DNA of 64,000 nucleotides from Lachnospiraceae bacterium (GCA_963594125.1 CAVBCV010000003.1:22797-86796); one strand, 5' to 3'. Counted from the stretch's first letter, positions 18,160 to 26,565 are shown. Numbers and translations: made by a program. Notes: generated from the sequence alone by a model not told the origin.

Positions 18160-19380
18160 ATGCAACAAACACCTAAAGGATTACGCCTGCAAATAGCTTT
18201 ACTCGGGCGGGTTAATGCCGGAAAATCCAGCTTTTTGAACTTAGTGACCGGACAAGATATTTCAATTACATCAGAAGTTGCCGGAACTACCACCGATGTG
18301 GTTGAAAAAGCGCAAGAACTTTTGCCGATTGGTCCGGTTTTGTGGCTTGATACCGCCGGTTTTGGCGATGAAACCAAACTTTCGGACAAACGACTGGAAA
18401 AAACGTTAAAGGTTTTAGACCGCGCCGATGTGGCGGTTTTGGTTTGTGAAGGCGATAAAATCGGCAAAATTGAGCGCCATATAATAGAGCAGGTAGAGGC
18501 AAAAAAAATTCCGCTGATTGTGGTGTTTAACAAGGCGGATATTCGCAAAATTAAAAATCCAGATGGCGCGATTGTTGTAAATTCATTGGATAAAAGCTCG
18601 CGTGATAAAGTTTTAAATGAACTTAAATCGGCCTTGATTAAAATTTGCCCTGATGAAGTGCTTAATCCTCCGGCATTGCTTGGCGATTTGGTGCCTCAGC
18701 ATGGAACGGTTATAATGATTGTGCCGATTGATTATGAGGCTCCAAAAGGAAGAATTATTTTGCCGCAGGTGCAAGCTATTCGCGATTGTTTGGATTATAA
18801 TCAGACTGTGATTGTGGTAAAAGAAAATGATTATGCGGCGGCATTGCAAAACTTAAAGAAAGCGCCTGATTTGGTAGTTTGCGATTCGCAAGTGGTTAGC
18901 AAAATGACGGTGGAAACTCCGGCAGATATTAAATGTACTACCTTTTCGGTTTTAATGGCACGCTTGAAAGGCGATTTAGATAAACTGGCTCAAGGCGCGG
19001 CGGCTATTTGGAAGTTGGAAGACGGCGATAGGGTGCTGATTGCCGAATCATGTACGCATCATGCCATGAAGGACGATATCGGCACGGTTAAAATTCCTAA
19101 CTTGTTAAAATTAAAGACCGGTAAAGATTTAATTATTGATCATGTTTCAGGTTGTGAGTTCCCGTATAATTTAGATAAATATAATTTGGTTATTCAGTGC
19201 GGCGGATGTATGCAAAATCGGCGCGAGATATTATCGCGTATAAATAAATGCGAACAGGTTAAGGTGCCGATTACTAATTACGGAATTTGTATTTCAGAGC
19301 TTAACGGCGTGTTAGCCAGGGTTTTGGAGCCGTTTGGCGATATTTATCAGCGTTATGCGGCGATGAAACCGACAAAGTGA
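18160..19380 (+). CDS. hydF: [FeFe] hydrogenase H-cluster maturation GTPase HydF
   Basis: 406 aa. Contains GRVNAGKSS, GTTTD, DTAG and NKAD. C-terminal cluster motif is CTHH...(Q)CGGC. Confidence 0.85.
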   Translation: MQQTPKGLRLQIALLGRVNAGKSSFLNLVTGQDISITSEVAGTTTDVVEKAQELLPIGPVLWLDTAGFGDETKLSDKRLEKTLKVLDRADVAVLVCEGDKIGKIERHIIEQVEAKKIPLIVVFNKADIRKIKNPDGAIVVNSLDKSSRDKVLNELKSALIKICPDEVLNPPALLGDLVPQHGTVIMIVPIDYEAPKGRIILPQVQAIRDCLDYNQTVIVVKENDYAAALQNLKKAPDLVVCDSQVVSKMTVETPADIKCTTFSVLMARLKGDLDKLAQGAAAIWKLEDGDRVLIAESCTHHAMKDDIGTVKIPNLLKLKTGKDLIIDHVSGCEFPYNLDKYNLVIQCGGCMQNRREILSRINKCEQVKVPITNYGICISELNGVLARVLEPFGDIYQRYAAMKPTK

Positions 19381-19416
19381 TTTTTTATTGTAACTTCAAA
19401 TTGTTATCGCAAAAAA

Positions 19417-19443
19417 CGATACAAGACGATACAAAAAGATACA
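19417..19443 (+). promoter_or_regulatory. Three helically phased (C)GATACA direct repeats, candidate regulator binding site
   Basis: GATACA begins at 19418, 19428 and 19438, an exact 10-bp period. The repeats sit just upstream of a putative -35. Confidence 0.35.
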
Positions 19444-19452
19444 TTTTTCTAC

Positions 19453-19481
19453 TTGTGAAAGCTATTTAATTAATCTTAATA
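19453..19481 (+). promoter_or_regulatory. Putative promoter of the 19522 gene
   Basis: TTGTGA, 17-nt spacer, TTAATA, in an AT-rich intergenic region. Confidence 0.35.
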
Positions 19482-19521
19482 TAAATTAGGATTGATTTTA
19501 ATATTTTATAAGGAGAAAACA

Positions 19522-20715
19522 ATGTTAGGAAAAACAAATTCAGTTGCTAAAAATGCGGGTGGGGCGACTCTCACCGCGGTAAACAAGACCGGCGCGGCTA
19601 TCAGCCAAGGCGACAAGGTGTGGATTAACAGCAATGTTCAGACCGCGGGCGGCAACTACAAGCTTGCCAACTATTCCGGCGGCTCGTCAATGTGTCCGGT
19701 CATCAGCCGTACCGGTAATTTCGGGTGGAATTACTCTGTCCTTTTAAGTATCGGGGCGGAGGCGGCGACCAATGTCGGCAGTTTTAGCGCAGAGTCAATG
19801 TGTATCCGTTATTTGGCGGATAGTAGTATGTTTCTTGGTAACAAACGGGTTGATGATACCGCGCAGTATGATATGGGATATTACCGTATACCGGTTGGCA
19901 ATGACTTATGCTATGGGTACGACAAAGGAACTAATAATTTCCATTTTTACAAAATAAATATGGCTAACGGCGAAATTTTGCAAACATGGGATATTGCAAC
20001 TGCTCCCACGTCCAGTACGTATAACAGCATGGCTTTAGTCGGCGACAAGATTTATGACGTGCGAGGCTCTAAGTATTATGAGCTTGGCGAAGATTCCTCA
20101 ATTACCGAAAGCACTTATACTTGGACTAATAAAGACACCAACACTATATTATATCCGGCGGGAGTAACCGCGGACGGCAAGTATATTATCTGTTCAACTG
20201 ATTATCGTTTTTCAAATCAAGATAACACGTTAGGTTCTTTGCGTTTGGTTGAAGTGCTAGACAGCTCGCGCCTTAAATGCTTGCAACAAACAGAAATGCC
20301 CGCGGATTTACAGCAGTTTTACAACGGAAGGTGTCATATGGTGTTTAACCCATACACCGGAATTTTGACGCTTGTTAAAAATAGAAGCACCACATACGCG
20401 GTTATGAAATATGCCGGCGGAGTTTGGAGCAAGCTTGCTTTTGATTTGAGCGGCTTTTTGGGTGATGAGTTTTGGCTTAAAGGCTCAATTACGGTTGCGG
20501 ACGATTTAAGCAGAGCATGCGTAAATTACAGCAAAAACAATACTTCCGCTGATTACACTTATTGGGCGCAGATTGTGAACATGAGCGATACCAGCGGCTA
20601 TGCGGCGGTGCCGTACAAGGCTTATAACGTTACGGCTGACACGGTAACCGGTTATGCCAAAGCCGCGGCAAGCACCGGTGCTTCTTTTGAGGCAAATGTG
20701 GCGAGTGTTGAATAA
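19522..20715 (+). CDS. Hypothetical protein, 397 aa, beta-rich, no signal peptide
   Basis: The ATG at 19522 is preceded by TAAGGAGAAAACA. The upstream extension in the ORF track starts at a non-ATG codon and lacks an SD sequence. I recognise no family. Confidence 0.65.
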   Translation: MLGKTNSVAKNAGGATLTAVNKTGAAISQGDKVWINSNVQTAGGNYKLANYSGGSSMCPVISRTGNFGWNYSVLLSIGAEAATNVGSFSAESMCIRYLADSSMFLGNKRVDDTAQYDMGYYRIPVGNDLCYGYDKGTNNFHFYKINMANGEILQTWDIATAPTSSTYNSMALVGDKIYDVRGSKYYELGEDSSITESTYTWTNKDTNTILYPAGVTADGKYIICSTDYRFSNQDNTLGSLRLVEVLDSSRLKCLQQTEMPADLQQFYNGRCHMVFNPYTGILTLVKNRSTTYAVMKYAGGVWSKLAFDLSGFLGDEFWLKGSITVADDLSRACVNYSKNNTSADYTYWAQIVNMSDTSGYAAVPYKAYNVTADTVTGYAKAAASTGASFEANVASVE

Positions 20716-20729
20716 AACAGCCTAAAGGC

Positions 20730-20767
20730 GGAAAGGAAAGGGGCGGAAACGTCCCTTTTTTATATGA
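20730..20767 (+). repeat. 38-bp repeat / terminator-like hairpin, copy A
   Basis: GGAAAGGAAAGGGGCGGAAACGTCCCTTTTT(T)ATATGA. An identical sequence apart from one T occurs at 26018..26054. It forms an 8-bp stem followed by a T-run. Confidence 0.8.
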
Positions 20768-20789
20768 TTTTTACGAAAGGAACGAATAA

Positions 20790-22814
20790 ATGAATGCGAT
20801 TGAACGTATTTGGCGAATCGGTCAGACCGGCGATGTGAACGACCCGCAGGAGCTTTCGCCGGTGGAAAACATTATGCGCAACTATCAGCTGCCGAAAGCA
20901 AGCGCCAACATGGCAAGCACGGCGCAAGCGCAGAATCAGCCGACAGATAACAGCATGTGGGGTAAATTTAAGAATTTTGCCGGAAGTAAAGGCGGTCGCA
21001 TGGTGCTGGGCGGGCTTGGCACTGCCGCCGCAGTCGGTTTAACCGGCGGAGGTTTGGGCGACGCGCTCGGATACGGCGTTATCGGCGCCGGAAATACCGC
21101 AAACACTATTTATAACAAAGAGCAAGACGCTTTAGGTTGGCTTGAAAAAGAAAAAGAGCGACAGGCGCGATTAAGTGACGCCAAAGCAAGCCGTGATGAA
21201 GCATGGCGCCGTTTGGAAGCCACGTTGCAGGCGCAAAAAGACGCGCGGCAAGCGCAGTATGACAACGCTGTCAATATGTTAAACTTCAATCGTGACTTGA
21301 AGCAAAAAGATTATGAGCGCGGGCGTCAGTGGCTTTTGGATAATCCAGACCTTGACGAGGATGCTCGCAAAAAGGCTTTACGAAGTTTAGACGCCGGATA
21401 TTACGGCGTGACTTTGCCGAATGCTGAGAAAGTGCCTCTTAAAGACTTTGCGCAAGCTATGGATTATCTGAACAAAGCAGGCGCCACTGCAGATTCGCGG
21501 AATAAGTATGCTGAAGGTCAAGGATATGGTATGCTTCAATTTGAGGATACCAGCAAAAAAGTCAGTGAAGCGCTTAATACATATAATGATTTAATAGCGC
21601 AAGGTTGGAGCGACGAAAACGCTCGCTATGCTTCAGGGCTGAAACAACTGCAAGATGACCTCGCTTTATATGAGGGCAAGAGCAACATTGACACTAACAA
21701 TAATATTAGGGCGCATGGCGTTAATGCCGGTGTTGATTTTGGGTATAAAGAACAAGGGGCGAATAATCAGCTTAACCGCGATGTGACTAAATCAAACCAC
21801 GATTTTGAACTTAAATTGTTGAACTCGGAATATGACAATGAATTAAAGAAAGATTTTGAGCAGTTTAAGGCTAATTTGCCGGTACAAACGGTACTTGCAG
21901 CTGAACAAAAGGCAGAGAGGTTGAAACGAGACGGTTATAATGTATCAGCCGGTGATATTATCGCGGAAGAATATTTGAATGCTCGCTTGAGTAACGAGAA
22001 TATTCAATCGCAGATTAATAGTCGCGAAACGACTCCGCAAATTATTAATGCGGAATGGCTGCAAAGCCATCCTGAGGCGCAAAATCTGCCGGTGTTTAAG
22101 ACTGGTACGAATGTTACGGTTAATAATGGTCAGAACAATAGCGAATTTGCCAAACAACAAGGCAAAAACATGGCTAACCGCTATGATGACTATCAAAAAG
22201 CCGGAGTGGCGGCGCTTGCGCAACTTGGTATTATTAACAACATGAAAGACGCTGTTAATAATCCGAGTGTTTATCAGGGTATCGGCGGTAATATGGTCAA
22301 TACTTTAAAAAGAGCACTATCTTCTGCCGGCTTTAATATTAATGGTTTAAGTGACGCAGCCATTATTGAATCGGGCAAATCGCAGTTGATGGGTGCTTTG
22401 CGCAAGGATTTAATGCCGGGACCGATGTCAGATAGAGATATTGAGTTTTTGGTGAACATTGTTCCTTCATTGGGTAAAACGCCTGAACAAAATAAAGCGA
22501 TTATAACTTTGTTTGAAAAAATATATCAACGCCAAGCGGAAGCGGCGGAATTTGTTAATAACTATACGATTGAACACGGTGTGTTTGACGCGCAAGGCGA
22601 GCGTGAATTGTATCAATTTACAAATCGCCCTATATTTACGGAAGAAGAAAAAGCGGCAGCCGCCGGACAAGCAGTTTCAGGAAACCAGAACGGCGGGCAA
22701 AATGCCGCAACCGGAGCAGATACGGTACGGATGGAAACGCCTGACGGGCAGATTGTGTTTGTTCCGCGAGAAGAAGTTGACGAGGCTATTAGCCACGGAG
22801 GGAGGATAGCATAA
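20790..22814 (+). CDS. Hypothetical 674-aa protein: N-terminal glycine-zipper hydrophobic segment, long coiled coil, C-terminal globular part
   Basis: Residues 64-102 read GSKGGRMVLGGLGTAAAVGLTGGGLGDALGYGVIGAG, followed by a Q/R/K/E-rich heptad-like region. Resembles phage ejection, pilot or tape-measure proteins (inference only). Confidence 0.65.
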   Translation: MNAIERIWRIGQTGDVNDPQELSPVENIMRNYQLPKASANMASTAQAQNQPTDNSMWGKFKNFAGSKGGRMVLGGLGTAAAVGLTGGGLGDALGYGVIGAGNTANTIYNKEQDALGWLEKEKERQARLSDAKASRDEAWRRLEATLQAQKDARQAQYDNAVNMLNFNRDLKQKDYERGRQWLLDNPDLDEDARKKALRSLDAGYYGVTLPNAEKVPLKDFAQAMDYLNKAGATADSRNKYAEGQGYGMLQFEDTSKKVSEALNTYNDLIAQGWSDENARYASGLKQLQDDLALYEGKSNIDTNNNIRAHGVNAGVDFGYKEQGANNQLNRDVTKSNHDFELKLLNSEYDNELKKDFEQFKANLPVQTVLAAEQKAERLKRDGYNVSAGDIIAEEYLNARLSNENIQSQINSRETTPQIINAEWLQSHPEAQNLPVFKTGTNVTVNNGQNNSEFAKQQGKNMANRYDDYQKAGVAALAQLGIINNMKDAVNNPSVYQGIGGNMVNTLKRALSSAGFNINGLSDAAIIESGKSQLMGALRKDLMPGPMSDRDIEFLVNIVPSLGKTPEQNKAIITLFEKIYQRQAEAAEFVNNYTIEHGVFDAQGERELYQFTNRPIFTEEEKAAAAGQAVSGNQNGGQNAATGADTVRMETPDGQIVFVPREEVDEAISHGGRIA

Positions 22815-25174
22815 TGAGTTATTGGGATAAATTTGAAAAAGAAGACAATTATTGGAGCCGGTTTGATAAAAACAAGCCGGCATTACGTCCGATGACTGAA
22901 AGCCAAAAGGCGGAAGCGCTTAATTTGGCGCGGCAAATCAGACCGAAGACCGATAATACTTTTGGCGATTATTTAGCGCAAAATGTGGCTGATATGGCTT
23001 ATGGCGCCGATAGGGCGTTATCAGGGGCGACTTTTGGAGCTTATGACTGGCTTAAAAGAAAAACCGGATTAGGCGTTAATCAAGACGAATATATGGCGAT
23101 GAAGCGCTATAATGACGGAAGCGACATGCCGGCAACCGCTGCCGGTGTTGTTGCGGAAATCGGCGGTAATATTACCGGTGCCGGTGGCGCTTTGGCCAGA
23201 GGTTTGAGCAAAGCGGGGCTAAAAGGCTTAAAGCTGGCAAGCGCGGCGGGCGGCTTGGAGGGCGCCGCTTATGGTGTAACCGGTTCTGACACTTTGGGCG
23301 ATTTACCGAAAAATATTGCTTTAAGCGGAACACTTGGCGCTGGAATGGGCGCGGGTATGCCGTATCTGCTTAAACCGGCAACAAAGTTAGTACGCCCGGT
23401 GGCGGATAAAATTTCAAGTACTTATAATGCAGGAAAAGAATTGTTAAAAGCCAAAAGACAATTAAATCAGTTGACAAATGATCCAGATGTTGGTATTGTC
23501 AAAAATATATGGAATAAAGTAACAGGAAATGGAAAATCAATAAATGATATTCTCTATGAAGAAAATCAAAGGTTGGCTAGACAAGCGGCGAAAGCAGAAA
23601 AAATTAAAACGGCAAGAAGAAATACGCCGGAAAATAGCTATACTAGACAAGAAGTTTCCGGACTGGGAAGTTTGGGGTCTGGATATAGGGGACGCTGGGA
23701 GGCTGGAAAAAATGTAAAAGGCGCAGTAAATGCGCCTTTATCTTTTAATGAATACTTTCCAAATAAAGAAAATGGTAATCGTTTTTATCAGGCCATGTCT
23801 GCTTTCAAGAAAGGAGCCGGGGCAAAAGGTGAACAGGTTTATCAATATAGTCCTGAAGAATATGCAAAAATGCGAACATTCTTAACTGATGATGGCAAAA
23901 CAGGCTTTGCGCTTAAAGATGATGGCGATATTGTTTCAGTATTTAACGGGGGAGCTAAAGGTGGTATTGATTCTATAATGCCTGCCGCCACTTCCGCTGG
24001 TGGCACTAAGTTAGATGCTTATGATACCTTTTTACCTGGGGAATATTCTCGGCATGGTTTTAAGGAAATTAGTCGCGATATGTGGAATGAGCAATTCGCA
24101 CCAAATAGATGGAATAAAAAAGCGATGAGAAAATTTAACCTAGGCGAGCCTGATGTTGTTTATATGGAATATGATCCTAGTTATTATGGTAATTATCAAT
24201 CGCCAAATAGTTTGCAAAATGTTATTAACCGTTTGCAGGATAATATCAAAAATTCAAAAGAAGCAATTAGAAATGTTTGGCAACCACAACAGTCAATTAA
24301 AGGTGACCAAATAAACCGTTCTTTTGTTGAGGCGTTAGCAAACAGGGATAAAGCAAGAATTATGCGCAACGGTGTGTTGTCAGGGGCAAGTGATTTGTCG
24401 GAACGGGCGCGTATTTTGCAAGACAATCTGGCACGGCGTAAAAATGGTTGGTTTGATGCTGATTTTGAAAAACTGATTAAAACCCCGGAAATGGCAAAAG
24501 CTGAAGTTTCGTATGCTCAGTTTATGGCTAAAAACGGCGGAAAAACACTTGCGCCGGAAAAGGTAAATAGTTTTTATCAAAATCACCCGATTGCCAAAGA
24601 TATAATTGCCGAAATGCGAGAGGTTGATCCGCGAGCTTTTGATAATATAGCTCCGGGAAGTTTGGCAGAATTTGATATGCTGAAGAAAATATTGCGTGAA
24701 GAAGCCGGAAATAAAATTAAAGTCGGCGCTTCAAAGTCAGGTGCCTTGAAAAGAGCTGAAAATTCATTAAAAGAATTAATGGATACAGAGTTTCCGGGAT
24801 TTAAGGATATTAACACTAAATACGCGGAAGCGACTTCTGCTCAAAATATCTTTGAGAGTAAGTTAAATCAAGGCTTGACTTCAGTTGGCGGCGGAACGGC
24901 AAATGTAACCCCGTTTTGGAGCGGAATATCAAGTCCTCTGACCGCTGCCGGTGTTGTGGGCGGCTTTTTTAATCCGATGTCATTGGCGGTAACTGGTGCC
25001 GGTTTGGCTGGTAAAGCTTTGATGCGTAACAGCCGACGCGCTGCCGCGCGGCGTTTGGCTGACGGAATAGTGCGTACACCAATTAATGTTGATATTAATC
25101 CGGTGTTTACAAATGGCTTGTCAGCACCGGCATTAAGAGCTGCATCAGATTATCAAAATAAACAATGGTATTAA
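22814..25174 (+). CDS. Hypothetical 786-aa protein with Gly/Ala-rich hydrophobic segments at both ends and a central GNAT-like region
   Basis: TAATG overlap with the upstream gene and a GGAGGGAGGA SD sequence. Residues 105-185 and 735-765 are glycine-zipper-like. Residues about 340-420 (GFALKDDGDIVSVFNGGAKGG...YSRHGFKEI) resemble an acetyltransferase fold. That last point is weak. Confidence 0.65.
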   Translation: MSYWDKFEKEDNYWSRFDKNKPALRPMTESQKAEALNLARQIRPKTDNTFGDYLAQNVADMAYGADRALSGATFGAYDWLKRKTGLGVNQDEYMAMKRYNDGSDMPATAAGVVAEIGGNITGAGGALARGLSKAGLKGLKLASAAGGLEGAAYGVTGSDTLGDLPKNIALSGTLGAGMGAGMPYLLKPATKLVRPVADKISSTYNAGKELLKAKRQLNQLTNDPDVGIVKNIWNKVTGNGKSINDILYEENQRLARQAAKAEKIKTARRNTPENSYTRQEVSGLGSLGSGYRGRWEAGKNVKGAVNAPLSFNEYFPNKENGNRFYQAMSAFKKGAGAKGEQVYQYSPEEYAKMRTFLTDDGKTGFALKDDGDIVSVFNGGAKGGIDSIMPAATSAGGTKLDAYDTFLPGEYSRHGFKEISRDMWNEQFAPNRWNKKAMRKFNLGEPDVVYMEYDPSYYGNYQSPNSLQNVINRLQDNIKNSKEAIRNVWQPQQSIKGDQINRSFVEALANRDKARIMRNGVLSGASDLSERARILQDNLARRKNGWFDADFEKLIKTPEMAKAEVSYAQFMAKNGGKTLAPEKVNSFYQNHPIAKDIIAEMREVDPRAFDNIAPGSLAEFDMLKKILREEAGNKIKVGASKSGALKRAENSLKELMDTEFPGFKDINTKYAEATSAQNIFESKLNQGLTSVGGGTANVTPFWSGISSPLTAAGVVGGFFNPMSLAVTGAGLAGKALMRNSRRAAARRLADGIVRTPINVDINPVFTNGLSAPALRAASDYQNKQWY

Positions 25175-25294
25175 CGTTAAGCCGCCTTTTGGGGCGGCTT
25201 GGCAAATTAAATCCGGCGGCTGTTTCTGCGCCATTTTATAAAAACTATTGATTTTATGCTCCAAATAAAGTATCATAATAATAAAGGAGGAACA

Positions 25295-25450
25295 ATGGCT
25301 GTTATTGTTTGGTTTGTGCTTTTTTGGACTATGGTGTACATATTTATAGAGTTGTTCAATTCTGTAAAAGAGCAAATCATAGATTATAAAATGCTCAGAA
25401 AGGCTGGCAGAGGTCGCATATACAGCTTTATAAAAGCTATTTTTGGATGA
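25295..25450 (+). CDS. Small single-pass membrane protein (51 aa)
   Basis: AAAGGAGGAACA precedes the ATG. Hydrophobic N-terminus VIVWFVLFWTMVYIFI and a basic C-terminus. Confidence 0.5.
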   Translation: MAVIVWFVLFWTMVYIFIELFNSVKEQIIDYKMLRKAGRGRIYSFIKAIFG

Positions 25451-25509
25451 TATAATTATTCATAAATAAAGAAACTAACAGTAACTGTATGGCATATAGA
25501 TAAATATCA

Positions 25510-25710
25510 ATGGCGGAAATGAAAATATTTTTAAATGGTATAAAAGAGTTTTGTAAACTATGCCTTATTGGCTTTTTCGTATCGCTTATAGTTATCGGGT
25601 TGCCGGGGGCTATAATGTTGTCGTGGGGTGATGAAGAAAATATTGAACGGTGTATGCAAGAGTTTCCGGAGCGAACGTATGATGAATGCGAAAGCGCCGT
25701 TGCTTGGTAG
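25510..25710 (+). CDS. Small single-pass membrane protein (66 aa) with four Cys
   Basis: TM segment CLIGFFVSLIVIGLPGAIML and an acidic Cys-containing tail. Confidence 0.45.
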   Translation: MAEMKIFLNGIKEFCKLCLIGFFVSLIVIGLPGAIMLSWGDEENIERCMQEFPERTYDECESAVAW

Positions 25711-25898
25711 CAGATTTTATGGAGATGGTAACTGTGAAGAAATGGTGTCTAAATTTGTCCGTGAAAATGCCTCGCACGATGAAAATTGTGGACAGAGTGT
25801 TTAATTTTTTGGAATGGCTGACAAAACCAAAGGTAATGGTGTTGTTTTGTTTGCTTTGGCTTGTTATTGCTTATTGTCTTGTTATGGCAGGGTATTAA
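25686..25898 (+). CDS. Small C-terminally anchored membrane protein, start uncertain
   Basis: TM segment VMVLFCLLWLVIAYCLVMAG. Several candidate internal starts. A strong terminator follows. Confidence 0.35.
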   Translation: MRKRRCLVADFMEMVTVKKWCLNLSVKMPRTMKIVDRVFNFLEWLTKPKVMVLFCLLWLVIAYCLVMAGY

Positions 25899-25946
25899 GA
25901 CATCAACACAAACGCCGTTTGGTAGCGGGGTTTAATTTTTTTACGC

Positions 25947-25970
25947 AAGAGGCTTAAAGCCTCTTTTTTT
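25947..25970 (+). terminator. Rho-independent terminator ending the 20790-25898 operon
   Basis: AGAGGC-TTAA-GCCTCT stem-loop followed by T7. Confidence 0.7.
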
Positions 25971-26017
25971 ATGAAAGAACAAATAATAATTTAGTGTACC
26001 CGTATCAGTTTGAAAGT

Positions 26018-26054
26018 GGAAAGGAAAGGGGCGGAAACGTCCCTTTTTATATGA
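26018..26054 (+). repeat. 38-bp repeat / terminator-like hairpin, copy B
   Basis: Same sequence as 20730..20767 minus one T. Confidence 0.8.
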
Positions 26055-26132
26055 ATATATGCGAGCACGCGGCTTGTAAAATTAAGGTTAGTGATTATTA
26101 TAAAACAGAGAGTGATTTTTATGGAGGGGAAA

Positions 26133-26507
26133 ATGGAGTTTTTTATTTGTAATCACTGCGGCAATATTATAACTTTTGTGCACAATTCCGGCGCGCCGGT
26201 TTCATGTTGCGGGGATTTTATGCAAAAAATTACGGAAAATACGGTTGACGCCTCGGCTGAAAAGCATGTGCCGGTTATTAAACAAAAAGGAAACAATGTG
26301 GTGGTTAAAATTGGCAGTATTCCGCATCCGATGGAGCCTAAGCATTATATTATGTGGATTGTATTGGAAACAAAATCAGGCTATCAATTCAAACGTTTAA
26401 GACCAGGCGAGGCGCCGGAAGCTATTTTTGAGCTTTCAGCTGATGATGAAGTTGTAAAAGCTTATGAATATTGCAATATTCACGGGCTTTGGAGCGTCGC
26501 TTTGTAA
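26133..26507 (+). CDS. dfx: Desulfoferrodoxin (2Fe superoxide reductase)
   Basis: 124 aa counted from the ATG after GGAGGGGAAA. N-terminal CNHCGN...CCG rubredoxin-like centre. C-terminal KHVPVI, HPM, H.I.WI and EYCNIHGLW. Confidence 0.9.
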   Translation: MEFFICNHCGNIITFVHNSGAPVSCCGDFMQKITENTVDASAEKHVPVIKQKGNNVVVKIGSIPHPMEPKHYIMWIVLETKSGYQFKRLRPGEAPEAIFELSADDEVVKAYEYCNIHGLWSVAL

Positions 26508-26565
26508 TAAAAAACATACTTAAACTCTCCGTTTTTAACAAAATGAAAAAAAGTTAAAAAATCAG

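Noticed and set aside
19492-19521. Upstream extension (MILIFYKEKT) of the 397-aa ORF given in the ORF track
   Set aside because: It starts at a non-ATG codon inside the AT-rich promoter region. The ATG at 19522 has a near-perfect SD sequence at ideal spacing.
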